This document shows positions 1 through 8,923 of a stretch of DNA of 43,189 nt, piece by piece (within the stretch, counting starts at the first letter, position 1; every line of letters starts with the position of its first letter). Source of the stretch: a virus (lineage: Duplodnaviria > Caudoviricetes); the IMG/VR virus record IMGVR_UViG_3300036793_000087, positions 1 to 43,189 of that record. One strand, 5' to 3'. The notes beneath the pieces were generated by a model that saw only the letters and a list, made by a program, of their open reading frames with translations, made no database searches and had not been told where the DNA came from. A program made the translations under genes and the position numbers.

Positions 1-93
1 TGGCGCAACAGGTCTCGACGGTGTTGCCGCTCTGCCTGCTGGTCATTCCCGCAGGCATCGTCCAGGTGCCGGCGCCCACCGCGAAGTTCGATG
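1..93. repeat. Terminal direct repeat (circular assembly overlap), copy 1
   Basis: Bases 1-93 (tggcgcaaca...aagttcgatg) are identical to 43097-43189, and a reading frame runs through the junction. Confidence 0.97.
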
Positions 94-511
94 CGAAGCC
101 GACGAGGTCGGACCCGGTGGTGGCCACGGTGCAGCCAGGGTTGACGCTGGTGGTCGAGTTTGCCGAGCCCTCGATGGTGCCTGGTGCGACGTCGAACGGA
201 TCGCCTGATGTCACCCGGCCGGACAGCAGCACGCACACTGCGCCGCGGTAGGCCGACACGTGGGTGAAGGAATACGTGCCGGTGTCGGCCGCGGTGAGCC
301 GCTTCCAGAACACGTCGATCCGGCCGCGTGTGGTGGACGTGGTCGCCAGCGATGTCTTGAGCGTGAACCCCGTCGGAGGGGTGACCGTGGTCGCGCTTTC
401 CATGTAGTACGCGACCAGAGCAATGTCGTTGATCGCCGCGCCGGTGGGCACCGGTACTGCGCCGTTGACTGCGGTGGCCGAGGCCAGGATCGCGCTAGAG
501 CGAAACGCCAC
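1..511 (-). CDS. 5' part of a ~507-aa virion protein crossing the contig junction (continues 43096->42084)
   Basis: GTG at 511 follows GAGGGGTGA. The frame MAFRSSAILASATAVNGAVPVPTGAAINDIALVAYY...VFWKRLTAADTGTYSF...VGAGTWTMPAG is open and joins ORF 42084..43175 in frame. Not shown in the ORF track. Confidence 0.85.
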   Translation of the reverse strand, partial: MAFRSSAILASATAVNGAVPVPTGAAINDIALVAYYMESATTVTPPTGFTLKTSLATTSTTRGRIDVFWKRLTAADTGTYSFTHVSAYRGAVCVLLSGRVTSGDPFDVAPGTIEGSANSTTSVNPGCTVATTGSDLVGFASNFAVGAGTWTMPAGMTSRQSGNTVETCCA

Positions 512-532
512 GACTCACCCCTCGGCTTTTGC

Positions 533-955
533 TTAGCCCATCTGGTCTGTGAGGGAGCCGATCGGCACCACCACGGTGTCGCCGAGGTTGACCGCCTTGC
601 TGCCGCCGGTGACCGGCGCGTAGGACAGTTCCTTCGGAGTGCCCGTCGAGTCGACCGCCTTACAGCCGGCCCAGGTCCCGGCCGGCGCGTTGGTGATCTG
701 CGCGGCGTTGGTCGAAGCTGTCACCGCGCCGGTGGCGTTGTTGGTTGGCGCGCCCATCGTCAGACCGGAGAAGCCGGTGCCCGCGGTGTAGCCGGCGGCC
801 GTCGCCCATTCGGTGTCGGTGCCGTTGTTCGCCGTGCGGACAACGGACAGGAACAGCACCTTGATAGGGCCGGTTACCGCGTAGGCGGTGCCACCGTACT
901 TCGCGACGAGGTAGCGGTTCGCCTCGGCTGACGGTGCCCCAGAAGTCCCGGACAT
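533..955 (-). CDS. Putative virion structural protein (140 aa, beta-rich, fibre/appendage-associated)
   Basis: T/A/G-rich, ends SKAVNLGDTVVVPIGSL, AGGAGG RBS, lies between head and neck genes. Confidence 0.7.
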   Translation of the reverse strand: MSGTSGAPSAEANRYLVAKYGGTAYAVTGPIKVLFLSVVRTANNGTDTEWATAAGYTAGTGFSGLTMGAPTNNATGAVTASTNAAQITNAPAGTWAGCKAVDSTGTPKELSYAPVTGGSKAVNLGDTVVVPIGSLTDQMG

Positions 956-958
956 GGC

Positions 959-1189
959 TCAGGCCTCCTGGGTGGCGCCGGCGTAGGTGCTGGTGATGTG
1001 TTTCCGCAGCTTGTCGCCGCGCACGCCGGACTTCGCGACCTCGACGATCGCAAGGTTCTGCGCGTTGAGCACGTCGAGGATGAAGGCCGGCGTGCAGTCG
1101 TGGTGGAACTGCTGACGCCCGTAATGCAGCTTCGGGTGGTCGTCGCTCTGGCCGCAGCCGTCGCAGCGGTAGATCACGTGAATGCTCAC
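959..1189 (-). CDS. Small putative Zn-binding protein (76 aa)
   Basis: CDGC...HHDC motif, GGAAGGG RBS, fits the operon. Confidence 0.75.
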   Translation of the reverse strand: MSIHVIYRCDGCGQSDDHPKLHYGRQQFHHDCTPAFILDVLNAQNLAIVEVAKSGVRGDKLRKHITSTYAGATQEA

Positions 1190-1207
1190 GGTCTCCCCTT
1201 CCGGGAA

Positions 1208-1483
1208 TCAGCTGATGAAGACGGAGCCTTCGACGGTGCCGGTGATGACTGCGAAGATTCCGTTGACGAACCGGGCTCCGTCGCTGAAATCACCCCGGTC
1301 GTCGGTCCCCTGCGGCAGCTGGATCGTGTCCAGCAATGTCCCGGAGCCGGCGGTGTTGTCGAACAGCTGGACCACCGCCGGCGCTGCGCCGGTCGTCTCT
1401 CGAACCGTGAACCCGCGGTAGAAGCCGTTGCCGGTGGCGAGTTGCCCCGCCACCAGCGGCTTCGGGGTTGAGGGAGCGGCCAC
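1208..1483 (-). CDS. Hypothetical virion protein (91 aa)
   Basis: GTG at 1483 overlaps the upstream TAG (TAGTG). Beta-strand-rich sequence. Confidence 0.75.
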   Translation of the reverse strand: MAAPSTPKPLVAGQLATGNGFYRGFTVRETTGAAPAVVQLFDNTAGSGTLLDTIQLPQGTDDRGDFSDGARFVNGIFAVITGTVEGSVFIS

Positions 1484-1896
1484 TACCGGATCACGTAGTC
1501 GATCTCGACGATGCACGCCGGGATCACAACGCCGGTACCGGAGTGAATCCGACTGACCGTGAGCACGTCGCCGGCGTTGGCGACTGCGTCGGCCGCGGTG
1601 CCCGAGAGCGCCATGGTGTCGGCCACGAACGCCGTCGAGTTGGTCGCCGCCCAGGAGCGACCGAGCGGCAGTGCCGCGCCGGCCGCAGCTGCGCCGCGGT
1701 TGCGGACCGAGAGCACGGTGAAGTTGGTGACGTTCGCGACGACCGCGGCCAGCGGGATGACCCGGCCGGCCTTGATCGTCGCGTTGGTCGGCAGCACCGC
1801 GACGGGCGTCTCGTCGTCGGTGGCAGCTGAGGCCATCGCCGCCGGGATGAGTGCCCGGATCGTGATGACTCCGGGGGTATCGGCTAAACCTGGCAT
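1483..1896 (-). CDS. Putative capsid decoration protein (137 aa)
   Basis: Directly downstream of the major capsid gene, Ala/Val/Thr-rich, GGAG RBS. Confidence 0.65.
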   Translation of the reverse strand: MPGLADTPGVITIRALIPAAMASAATDDETPVAVLPTNATIKAGRVIPLAAVVANVTNFTVLSVRNRGAAAAGAALPLGRSWAATNSTAFVADTMALSGTAADAVANAGDVLTVSRIHSGTGVVIPACIVEIDYVIR

Positions 1897-1958
1897 GACA
1901 AACTCCGTTCAGTTCTGGTTGAGCCCCGACGGTCCGCCGGGGCCGGGAGCCGTCAGGC

Positions 1959-4571
1959 TCAGTTGCCCCGATAGAAGCCGCGGAATTCGAGCGGCGTGCC
2001 GGAGTAGATGTGCCGGATCTTGTAGGTGATCTTGTCCGAGGTGAACACCGAGCCGACAGTGGCGTCGGACTGCACCAGGAGATCGGGCTCCTGCTTGCCC
2101 TGGTAGAAGCCGAGCTCGATGGTCGGCACCATCGCGGGATCGCCGACGAGGTACCACGTCGCCGAGGCGAGCGCGGAGAAGTAGTCGACGACGATCGGGG
2201 TCAGGCCCTGGTGAATGTTGGGGGTGTTGGTCGGGCCGGCCGGGGTCGCCGGGATCGCCACCGCGGAGGTGCACAGCTGGAATGCGAGTTCCTCCAGGTC
2301 CGGCGGCACGATCAGGAACTTCGGCACGATCGACAGCAGATCGGTGGCGTCGCCGAAGGCCGACTGCTTACGCATCTTCTTGCGGCCCAACGAGAGGTTG
2401 GTCTGCGAGAGGGTGTTGCCGGCGTCGACGTTGTTGTGCCCGGCGGCGAACAGCGCGGTCGAGTCGAAGCTGCAGGTCGCGTTGGTCTGCATCATGTCCC
2501 AGACGAACCGGAACAGCGTCTGTGCGGCCGCCAGGCCGAGCTTGACCGGGATACGGGTAACCGCCCGCAGGTCATCGTTGGCGATCGTCTCGATCGTCAG
2601 GTCCTCGGTGCCACCGCGCTTGGTGATCCCGTAGGTCACTTCCTCGTTGCCGGGCGTGGTGAGCGCCTGGTACGGGGCGCCCTGGTTGACGCCAGGCAAC
2701 ACACCGTAGCCGCCGAGGCGCTCGATGCGCTGCGTCCGGAAGTCGTTGACCGGCACGATCGAGGAGATGATGCTGCGCCAGGTGGACAGCGTCGGCTGGT
2801 TGTACTCGGCGATCATGCGCCGAGTGACCGAGTCGCCGAGGATCGTGTTCCAGGTGCCGGACACGACGGACTCCGTCGAGCGCAGCGAGGAGTCGAAACC
2901 GGCACCGTTGCCGACGGACTCCGCGAGGATCTTGCGGTTGATGTCGGCAGTGTCGAGCAGGCCGGAGCGGTAACCGGTGATGTCGGCATACGCCTCCTTG
3001 AGGGACTTGTATCCCTTGGAGAAGTCGCCGTCGAACGAGGCGTTGAGCGCCTCGATCTTCTTGTCGACCGCTTCTTGGCCGACCTCGACCGATGTGATGC
3101 TGGGGGTCAGGCCCTGCTTCTCGAAGCCGGCCAGCAGACCCTTGACGGTCTCCACCTGAGCGAGCAGCTCGCCCTCGGTGAAGTTCTCCGCCAGCATGCC
3201 GGTGACGGTCTCGACCACGCGTATCGTGGCGGTCTCGGGGAAACCAGCGCCAGACACCGCTTCGCGGATGGCGATCTTGCCCATCAGCGACTTGCTCGTC
3301 AGCTTGGGGGCGTCCGGGTCCTCCACGATCGGAGCGGACTCCGTCACGGGGGTTGGCACTGCAGCCGAGGCGAGACCGGCGGCAGCAAGCTGCTCGGGGG
3401 TCGCGGAGGCGGCGAGCGCGAGCAGCTCTTCCAGCGTCATCTCGTTCTCCTGATCTGTTTCGGTACCGCCGGCCACCATGCGAGTGGCGCGGCCTCCGGC
3501 AGCCGGGTCGGCTACCACGTCCGCGGAATTCACGGAGAGGATCTTGGTTGCTTCCGACAGCCGGCGGACGCCGTCCACGATGGTTCGGTAGTTGGCCATC
3601 ACGTCGTGGCTGATACCGACGAGCCCGGCGAGGCCGGCCTCCTGCGCCGCGAGCGAGGCGTCGAGCGCCTCTGCGGTGTGTGTGGCCGACGGCAGCAGGT
3701 GCAGGTCGCCATAGATGCCGTCGTCCTTTACTTCGACGTCGCGGTAGGAGCCGACGAGGCCGAGGATGGTGGACGTCTTGAGCTCGGCCTCGGTGCGGTG
3801 GTGGTCATAAGCCTTGGCGCCCTCGTACAGCGACGCCGCTTCGGTCAGTACCTCGGCGGGGTAGCGGCGCATGTTCTTCGAGTCACCACTCGCGATGATC
3901 CGGACGCCGAAGATCCGGCCCCCCGCTGCGTCCGAACCCTTCGCCTCGACGAGGTGGCCAGTGATGGAGTCGGCTTCCTTGCGCGACTCGGTCACCGGTT
4001 CCGCTGCGAGCGGCTCATAGGTCGTGGTGGCCTGCACCTCGATGGGCGTGCCGAGCGTTACCGCACCAGCCGCGTCCATCGCGTATGTGACCTTGAACTG
4101 GTCGTCGCTCATTCCGGAGCAGTAGACCGCCCAGTCCGGACCGATGTCGACCACGTAGATGTAGACGTCCTTATCGAGCTGATTGCCGATGGCATCGGCC
4201 TGCTGCTCGAGCTTGTCCTCGATCGCTGCCTGCACGATTCGCCGGATCTCGTCGAACGAGCCGGTGGTGACCGCCTCGGTGGTCGCCTGCGGCGCGGGTA
4301 GCTCGTCGATCTTGGTCAGCTCGGACGACGAGAGCCCGAGGTAGTGACCGGTGGGCTTCCATCCGTCGCCGTCCTTGGCGTACATCTCGACACGCGCAGC
4401 GGGCTCGAGGTCATTGCCTTCGACCTTCACGGGCACGGCCGGCACCTTGCCCTTGTGTACGGACTTGATGCGTCCCTTGGCCACGCCGGTGGATGCCGAC
4501 CAGGACACGAAGTCCTTGGCCTTCACGCTCACGACCGCGCCCTCGGTGAGGCGCCCGCTACGGCGTCGCAT
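1959..4571 (-). CDS. Capsid polyprotein: Tudor-like N-terminal domain + maturation protease + scaffold + Mu gpT-like major capsid protein (870 aa)
   Basis: Protease-like block (VRIIASGDSKN..RYPAEVL..AYDHH..VGISH..SADVVADPAAGG). Capsid block (VNDFRTQR, TIETIANDDL, PKFLIVPPDLE, IELGFYQG, YKIRHIY..EFRGFY). Follows the portal. Confidence 0.9.
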   Translation of the reverse strand: MRRRSGRLTEGAVVSVKAKDFVSWSASTGVAKGRIKSVHKGKVPAVPVKVEGNDLEPAARVEMYAKDGDGWKPTGHYLGLSSSELTKIDELPAPQATTEAVTTGSFDEIRRIVQAAIEDKLEQQADAIGNQLDKDVYIYVVDIGPDWAVYCSGMSDDQFKVTYAMDAAGAVTLGTPIEVQATTTYEPLAAEPVTESRKEADSITGHLVEAKGSDAAGGRIFGVRIIASGDSKNMRRYPAEVLTEAASLYEGAKAYDHHRTEAELKTSTILGLVGSYRDVEVKDDGIYGDLHLLPSATHTAEALDASLAAQEAGLAGLVGISHDVMANYRTIVDGVRRLSEATKILSVNSADVVADPAAGGRATRMVAGGTETDQENEMTLEELLALAASATPEQLAAAGLASAAVPTPVTESAPIVEDPDAPKLTSKSLMGKIAIREAVSGAGFPETATIRVVETVTGMLAENFTEGELLAQVETVKGLLAGFEKQGLTPSITSVEVGQEAVDKKIEALNASFDGDFSKGYKSLKEAYADITGYRSGLLDTADINRKILAESVGNGAGFDSSLRSTESVVSGTWNTILGDSVTRRMIAEYNQPTLSTWRSIISSIVPVNDFRTQRIERLGGYGVLPGVNQGAPYQALTTPGNEEVTYGITKRGGTEDLTIETIANDDLRAVTRIPVKLGLAAAQTLFRFVWDMMQTNATCSFDSTALFAAGHNNVDAGNTLSQTNLSLGRKKMRKQSAFGDATDLLSIVPKFLIVPPDLEELAFQLCTSAVAIPATPAGPTNTPNIHQGLTPIVVDYFSALASATWYLVGDPAMVPTIELGFYQGKQEPDLLVQSDATVGSVFTSDKITYKIRHIYSGTPLEFRGFYRGN

Positions 4572-4774
4572 CAGTCAGCCAGGATCTGCGGCACGGTCGA
4601 GTCGGCCTTGAGCCAGAGGAAGTCGTCGCCGTCGATGAGGTAGCGCTGGCCGTCGAACGTGGTGGCCACGGTGCCCTCGTCGGTCTCGTCGACCGAGGTG
4701 ACCTCGGAGACGTAGACGCTCAGGACCTTCGCAGCGTCCTCGACGCTGACCTTGCTCTTTGCAGCCATGCTCAT
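4571..4774 (-). CDS. Hypothetical protein (67 aa, MSMAAKSKVSVEDAAK...)
   Basis: ATGA overlap with the portal stop, AGGAG RBS, and TGATG coupling to the capsid gene. Confidence 0.75.
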   Translation of the reverse strand: MSMAAKSKVSVEDAAKVLSVYVSEVTSVDETDEGTVATTFDGQRYLIDGDDFLWLKADSTVPQILAD

Positions 4775-6312
4775 GCTCCTTGTTCTTGATCGGTGGTGTT
4801 GGCGGGGTTGGCGTACGGAGAGCTCACGATCAACTTCCGCACAGTCGCCGTGCCGTTTGCGATCCGCGCTTTCGCGGAGTCGTCGACTGCTTGGGTGATG
4901 TCGTCGATGTTGGCGTCCGGGCCGTCGAGCTCGGAGGTGTAAGGGACGCCTGCGTACTGCTCCCACGCCTTCTGCGCGAGGATCTTTCCCGCCTCGACGG
5001 AGAGCGTTTGGTTGGCGAGCATCACGTCGATGCCTTGCGCCAGCTTGAGCAATGTCGTGGCGGTCGCCGACGCCTCGGCCACCGCGATCTCGGGACCGGT
5101 GACCTTCACGGTCTCCGATGGGCTGACCGTCTGATCGCCCACCGCGCCCGACTTGGCGTCGGTGGCCTTCACCTTCGCGGGCAACCGGCCGGCGGCGACC
5201 GCCTGGTCGACGGCGAACCGGGCGAGCTCGGTCTGGTAGGCCAGCCATACGTTCTGTACACCGCTCACGCGGCGCAGTACCGGCTCGGCCATCGACAGCG
5301 AGGTGGCGCGGTTGGCGTTGTCCGGGTCGGCCAGCCAGTGCTTGGCCAGGCCGGCGCCGGAGGCGATCGAGGTCAGGATGTCTTTCGCGGCGCCGGAGTC
5401 TTCTTGCGCACCGGACGGCGCCGACTTCGGGCTCCACACGACCTTCTCGTTGTGCACCTCGATCGTGCCCGAACGCGGGATGTGTGTTCCGCCGCGAGCC
5501 TTGATGAATGCGTCGATCTCGGTCTGGTTCGAGCCGGTCATCTCCACGTCCCACACCAGATAGCGGGCAAGCGCGGTCCGGTCGACCAGGTTCGACAGCA
5601 CGTTGTCGTAGTCGTCTAGCCAGTCCAGGATCGGGCCTAGGAACGGTTGGCCACGACGGTCCTCGAGCGTGGCTTTCCATGACGGCCACCACTGCACGTT
5701 GCCGGCGCGCAAGCCGGTCATGTCGTCGATGCCGGCGACGTCCAAAGTTCGGTCGTCCATGGCGGGTGTGGAGATGGTCAGCTTGGACGGCCACAGTGGG
5801 TTGCCGTTGTTGAGCCCGACGGAGACCACCCGAGTTGTGGCGATCGGTGAGAAGCGGGTGACGCCCGTCAGCGGACCGACCATCATCTCGAGCGCGGTCT
5901 CGCCCATGAGCATGTGATCGCGGAGCAGCAGCTCCTGGATGCCGTTGAGGTTGTTGCGCGGGTCGTTCCAGAAGTCCTGCACGACCGCCATCACATCGGC
6001 GTTGCCGCACTGGATCGTCAGGCCGGAATCGCCGACCACGAATGACGTGTAGGTGTCGATGATTGCCCGCGCCATCGGGTTGAGTCGGTAGGCGGCGACG
6101 GAGTAGGCGCGCTGCTTCTCGAGCGTCCATCCCGGTGTCTCCCGCGAGCCGTTGCCGATCTGGCGAAATCCGACGTCGCCGTCGATCGGGTCGACCGCGA
6201 ATTGGCCTCCGGCCGCACCGGATACGACGAGCTGGTCCAGGGATGCCTCGGTGGCGCGGGCGGGCTGGGCCCGGTTGCGCCGATCCTTGCCCTTGCCGTT
6301 GCCCTTGCCCAT
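4771..6312 (-). CDS. Portal protein (513 aa)
   Basis: Lies between TerL and capsid. Contains YRLNPMARAIIDTYTSFVVG, LMGET, RRGQPFL and ANRATS segments typical of portals. Confidence 0.88.
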   Translation of the reverse strand: MGKGNGKGKDRRNRAQPARATEASLDQLVVSGAAGGQFAVDPIDGDVGFRQIGNGSRETPGWTLEKQRAYSVAAYRLNPMARAIIDTYTSFVVGDSGLTIQCGNADVMAVVQDFWNDPRNNLNGIQELLLRDHMLMGETALEMMVGPLTGVTRFSPIATTRVVSVGLNNGNPLWPSKLTISTPAMDDRTLDVAGIDDMTGLRAGNVQWWPSWKATLEDRRGQPFLGPILDWLDDYDNVLSNLVDRTALARYLVWDVEMTGSNQTEIDAFIKARGGTHIPRSGTIEVHNEKVVWSPKSAPSGAQEDSGAAKDILTSIASGAGLAKHWLADPDNANRATSLSMAEPVLRRVSGVQNVWLAYQTELARFAVDQAVAAGRLPAKVKATDAKSGAVGDQTVSPSETVKVTGPEIAVAEASATATTLLKLAQGIDVMLANQTLSVEAGKILAQKAWEQYAGVPYTSELDGPDANIDDITQAVDDSAKARIANGTATVRKLIVSSPYANPANTTDQEQGA

Positions 6313-6324
6313 TCGATGCCCCCC

Positions 6325-8004
6325 TCAGATTCGCAGTCGTTGGTTGTTGCGGAACGGGTTGCCGCCGGCGGCGTCGGGGTTGGCTGACGAGGTTGCCGCG
6401 GGAACGTCGGCGACTACCCGCTGCGTGGCGATGTCGTAGCCGAAGACGGAGCAGACGATGCCGTCGATGTGCGCCCGGGCGTTCTTCTTGTCCAGCATCA
6501 CGCCGGCGGACGTCAGCTTCGTCGAGCAGTTGTCCGCGTGCCGCGCGAGTGCCGGGTGGCCGTCGTGCGTGAAGGCCTCGCCCATCACGCCGTCGTAGAA
6601 CAGTTGCGTTGCCGGCACCATGCGCGCGGCGGTGTTGGGGTATTCGACAACCGGCACGCCGTCCTCCTCGAGCGTGCGGAAAGTCTCGAGGTAGCGGGCC
6701 GGGTCGAAGACGATGCATTCGACGTTGAGGTCCCAGCGCAGCTGCAGGAACCGGCCGTCGACCTTGCCGCCGGGCTCGACGGGTGTGCGGCGGAATAGCG
6801 CCGGCAGGATCGCATTGACTTCACCGATCGGCACGTGCCAGTCAACGGCCTTGTCCGGCTTCTCCCACAGACCCAGCAGCGTCAGATGCGGCTTGGGGCC
6901 GCCGAGCAGCCACGCGGTGATCGCCGTCGAGTCGTTGCGGAACGATCCGTCGAACTGAACGACCGCGCGCTCGCCGGGGATCGGCGCCCGCCGTGGCCGG
7001 CCGAGCTTGTCCCACTTGCCGTCGCGTAGCCAGGAGGTGGTCTGCTGCACCCAGATGTTGAGCCGCTTGGCCTTGAAGTCGGCTTCGGGCAGCCGTTTGG
7101 CGCGGTCGGCCATGTTGTCCAGGTGCAGGAAGTCGCCCAGTGCGGGGTTGGCGTCCGGCCAATGTTTCTGGTTAAGGTAGTTGTCCGTCTTCTTGAGCAC
7201 GGTTTCGTAGATCCGGCCGCCGAGGCGCAGGTCCTTCTCCTCGCCGGACATGACCTTCTTGACCCGGTCGTACTCGCGCCTGCAGATCGTCGGCGTGCCG
7301 TCGGAGTAGTTCGCGACGCCCTTGGTTGTGATGACCACGACCAGCGGCTGGTCGCGTGTGTCCGAGCCCTGGTTCATCACGTTCCAGAGGTCGTCGTCCT
7401 TCTGTGTGTGCAGCTCGTCGAAGATCACCCGCGACGGGTTGAGGCCTTCCTGCAGGCTCGACTCGCTCGACAGCACTTTGTAGATGGAGCCTGTCTTGGC
7501 GTACTCGATCGTCTTCGACGAGCGGTAGATCCGCAGGTGCCTCGACAGCTCCGGCGACATCTCAACGGCGGCGACCACCTCGTTGTAGACCAGGGCCGCC
7601 TGCTCGCGTGAGCCGGCACAGGAGTAGACCTCGGCGCCCGGCTCGTCGAACAGCCCGTCGAGCGCGAGGCCGCCTCCGATGAGGGACTTGGAATTCTTCC
7701 GGCCGATGAAGATCTCGTAGGTCGTGTACATCCGGACGCCGTTGGCGTTGAGCCGCAGTGCGTCGCAGATGATGTCGCCCTGCCACATGCGCAGCTGGAC
7801 GAGCTCGCCGCGGGCGGCACCCTTGGTCAGCCGGATCGTGGAGCCGATGAAGTCGCAGGTGCGCAGTCCGTCGGTGTTGCGCTCGGTCCACTTAGTTTCT
7901 TCGGGCACCCACAGCGCGGGGCCGCGCGGGAGATCGGCCGGGAACCTGGGCGGGGCGCCGCGGGGCAGTCCTTCGCGCAATGATGTCGTCCTCGACGGCG
8001 GCAC
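6325..8004 (-). CDS. terL: Terminase large subunit (559 aa)
   Basis: LRMWQ adenine-binding motif, Walker A variant IGRKNSKS, Walker B VIFDELH, ITT, ANPALG, nuclease FDGS..NDST and HIDG. Confidence 0.95.
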   Translation of the reverse strand: MPPSRTTSLREGLPRGAPPRFPADLPRGPALWVPEETKWTERNTDGLRTCDFIGSTIRLTKGAARGELVQLRMWQGDIICDALRLNANGVRMYTTYEIFIGRKNSKSLIGGGLALDGLFDEPGAEVYSCAGSREQAALVYNEVVAAVEMSPELSRHLRIYRSSKTIEYAKTGSIYKVLSSESSLQEGLNPSRVIFDELHTQKDDDLWNVMNQGSDTRDQPLVVVITTKGVANYSDGTPTICRREYDRVKKVMSGEEKDLRLGGRIYETVLKKTDNYLNQKHWPDANPALGDFLHLDNMADRAKRLPEADFKAKRLNIWVQQTTSWLRDGKWDKLGRPRRAPIPGERAVVQFDGSFRNDSTAITAWLLGGPKPHLTLLGLWEKPDKAVDWHVPIGEVNAILPALFRRTPVEPGGKVDGRFLQLRWDLNVECIVFDPARYLETFRTLEEDGVPVVEYPNTAARMVPATQLFYDGVMGEAFTHDGHPALARHADNCSTKLTSAGVMLDKKNARAHIDGIVCSVFGYDIATQRVVADVPAATSSANPDAAGGNPFRNNQRLRI

Positions 8005-8512
8005 TCGGCTCCTCCTGCGCGACGAGCCGGCCGCGATCGGAGGGGTTGAAACCGCACAGCGACTCGAGCTTGACGACCTCCGCGTTCAGCGCGCGAAGCT
8101 GGGCAACAGCGGGATGCGCGACGAGTCCGCCGCGTTGTCCCTTCACGAACGGGCCGTCCTCCTCGATCACCAGCCGAAGGTGCGCCTCGTCGATCCGGGC
8201 GCGACAGATTCGGATGAGCACGTCACGGTCGCGGCTGATCGACAGCCAGCTCAGACCGGCCGACCAGAGTCGCGTCCACGTCTCGGCACCGCGATCGGCC
8301 AAGCACACCGAGCACGGTTCGCCGTCGTCGTTGCCGCGCGCGATGAAGCACGTGGCGGCCTGCGCGACGGTGCGCAGTTCACTCGGTACGTCGGGCGCTT
8401 CGTCGGTGCCGGGCATTTGGGTGACGGTCGGGATCTTGCGGCCACCTGAGTCACGGCCGGGTGCGCGGCCGGTGAGGTGCTTCTGCTCGACGGGCTTCGT
8501 GGGCCTGGCCAT
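7892..8512 (-). CDS. terS: Terminase small subunit, P27-like (206 aa)
   Basis: N-terminal RPTKPVEQKHLTG, AHPAVAQL and CGFNPSDRGRL motifs. Directly upstream of TerL. Confidence 0.85.
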   Translation of the reverse strand: MARPTKPVEQKHLTGRAPGRDSGGRKIPTVTQMPGTDEAPDVPSELRTVAQAATCFIARGNDDGEPCSVCLADRGAETWTRLWSAGLSWLSISRDRDVLIRICRARIDEAHLRLVIEEDGPFVKGQRGGLVAHPAVAQLRALNAEVVKLESLCGFNPSDRGRLVAQEEPSAAVEDDIIARRTAPRRPAQVPGRSPARPRAVGARRN

Positions 8513-8641
8513 TGGTGCACCCCCGAGTGATCTTTCTGGACGTAGCGGTGATCCGGCCGAAGTTTTGAGCGTTTACGCGATGAGGGGCTAAGCCTTCAGC
8601 GCCCGGCCGTCCCGAAACGTATTTCCGTTTGCCGATGCTGC

Positions 8642-8923
8642 TCAGTCGCTGCGTGCGCCCTTGCTGGCGTTGTGGCGGCGGCACAGGGTCTGGCGGGGGC
8701 CGGTATGGGATCCACCATTAATCAACGCCAGAACGTGGTCAGCAGTCAGGTCATCGGTGGTACCACACACCGCACACCGTGGCTCAGCCTCACGCTGTGC
8801 CCGTGCGTGTGGCCTGTCGCTGTTGCGCAACGCAACCCATTGGCGCGTGTGTTCTGCACAACGCGAACCATGACCCAATGCGTTGCATGGTTCGCCTGGT
8901 AATCCAAGGCACGGTCGCAGCAT
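8642..8923 (-). CDS. Terminase-associated HNH endonuclease (93 aa)
   Basis: CAVC..DH..GG..LCRRHN..KG motif, next to TerS. Start chosen at a TGATG overlap. Confidence 0.85.
   Translation of the reverse strand: MLRPCLGLPGEPCNALGHGSRCAEHTRQWVALRNSDRPHARAQREAEPRCAVCGTTDDLTADHVLALINGGSHTGPRQTLCRRHNASKGARSD

Noticed and set aside
2010-4301. 763-aa plus-strand ORF and other long antisense ORFs (13417..14586, 20092..21477, 36730..38022)
   Set aside because: They are shadows of GC-rich codon bias opposite well-supported genes and show no motifs.
4571-6718. 715-aa Arg-rich minus-strand ORF
   Set aside because: It is an alternative frame over portal and TerL. Only the last 67 codons look like a real gene. 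The same applies to 18491..19624.
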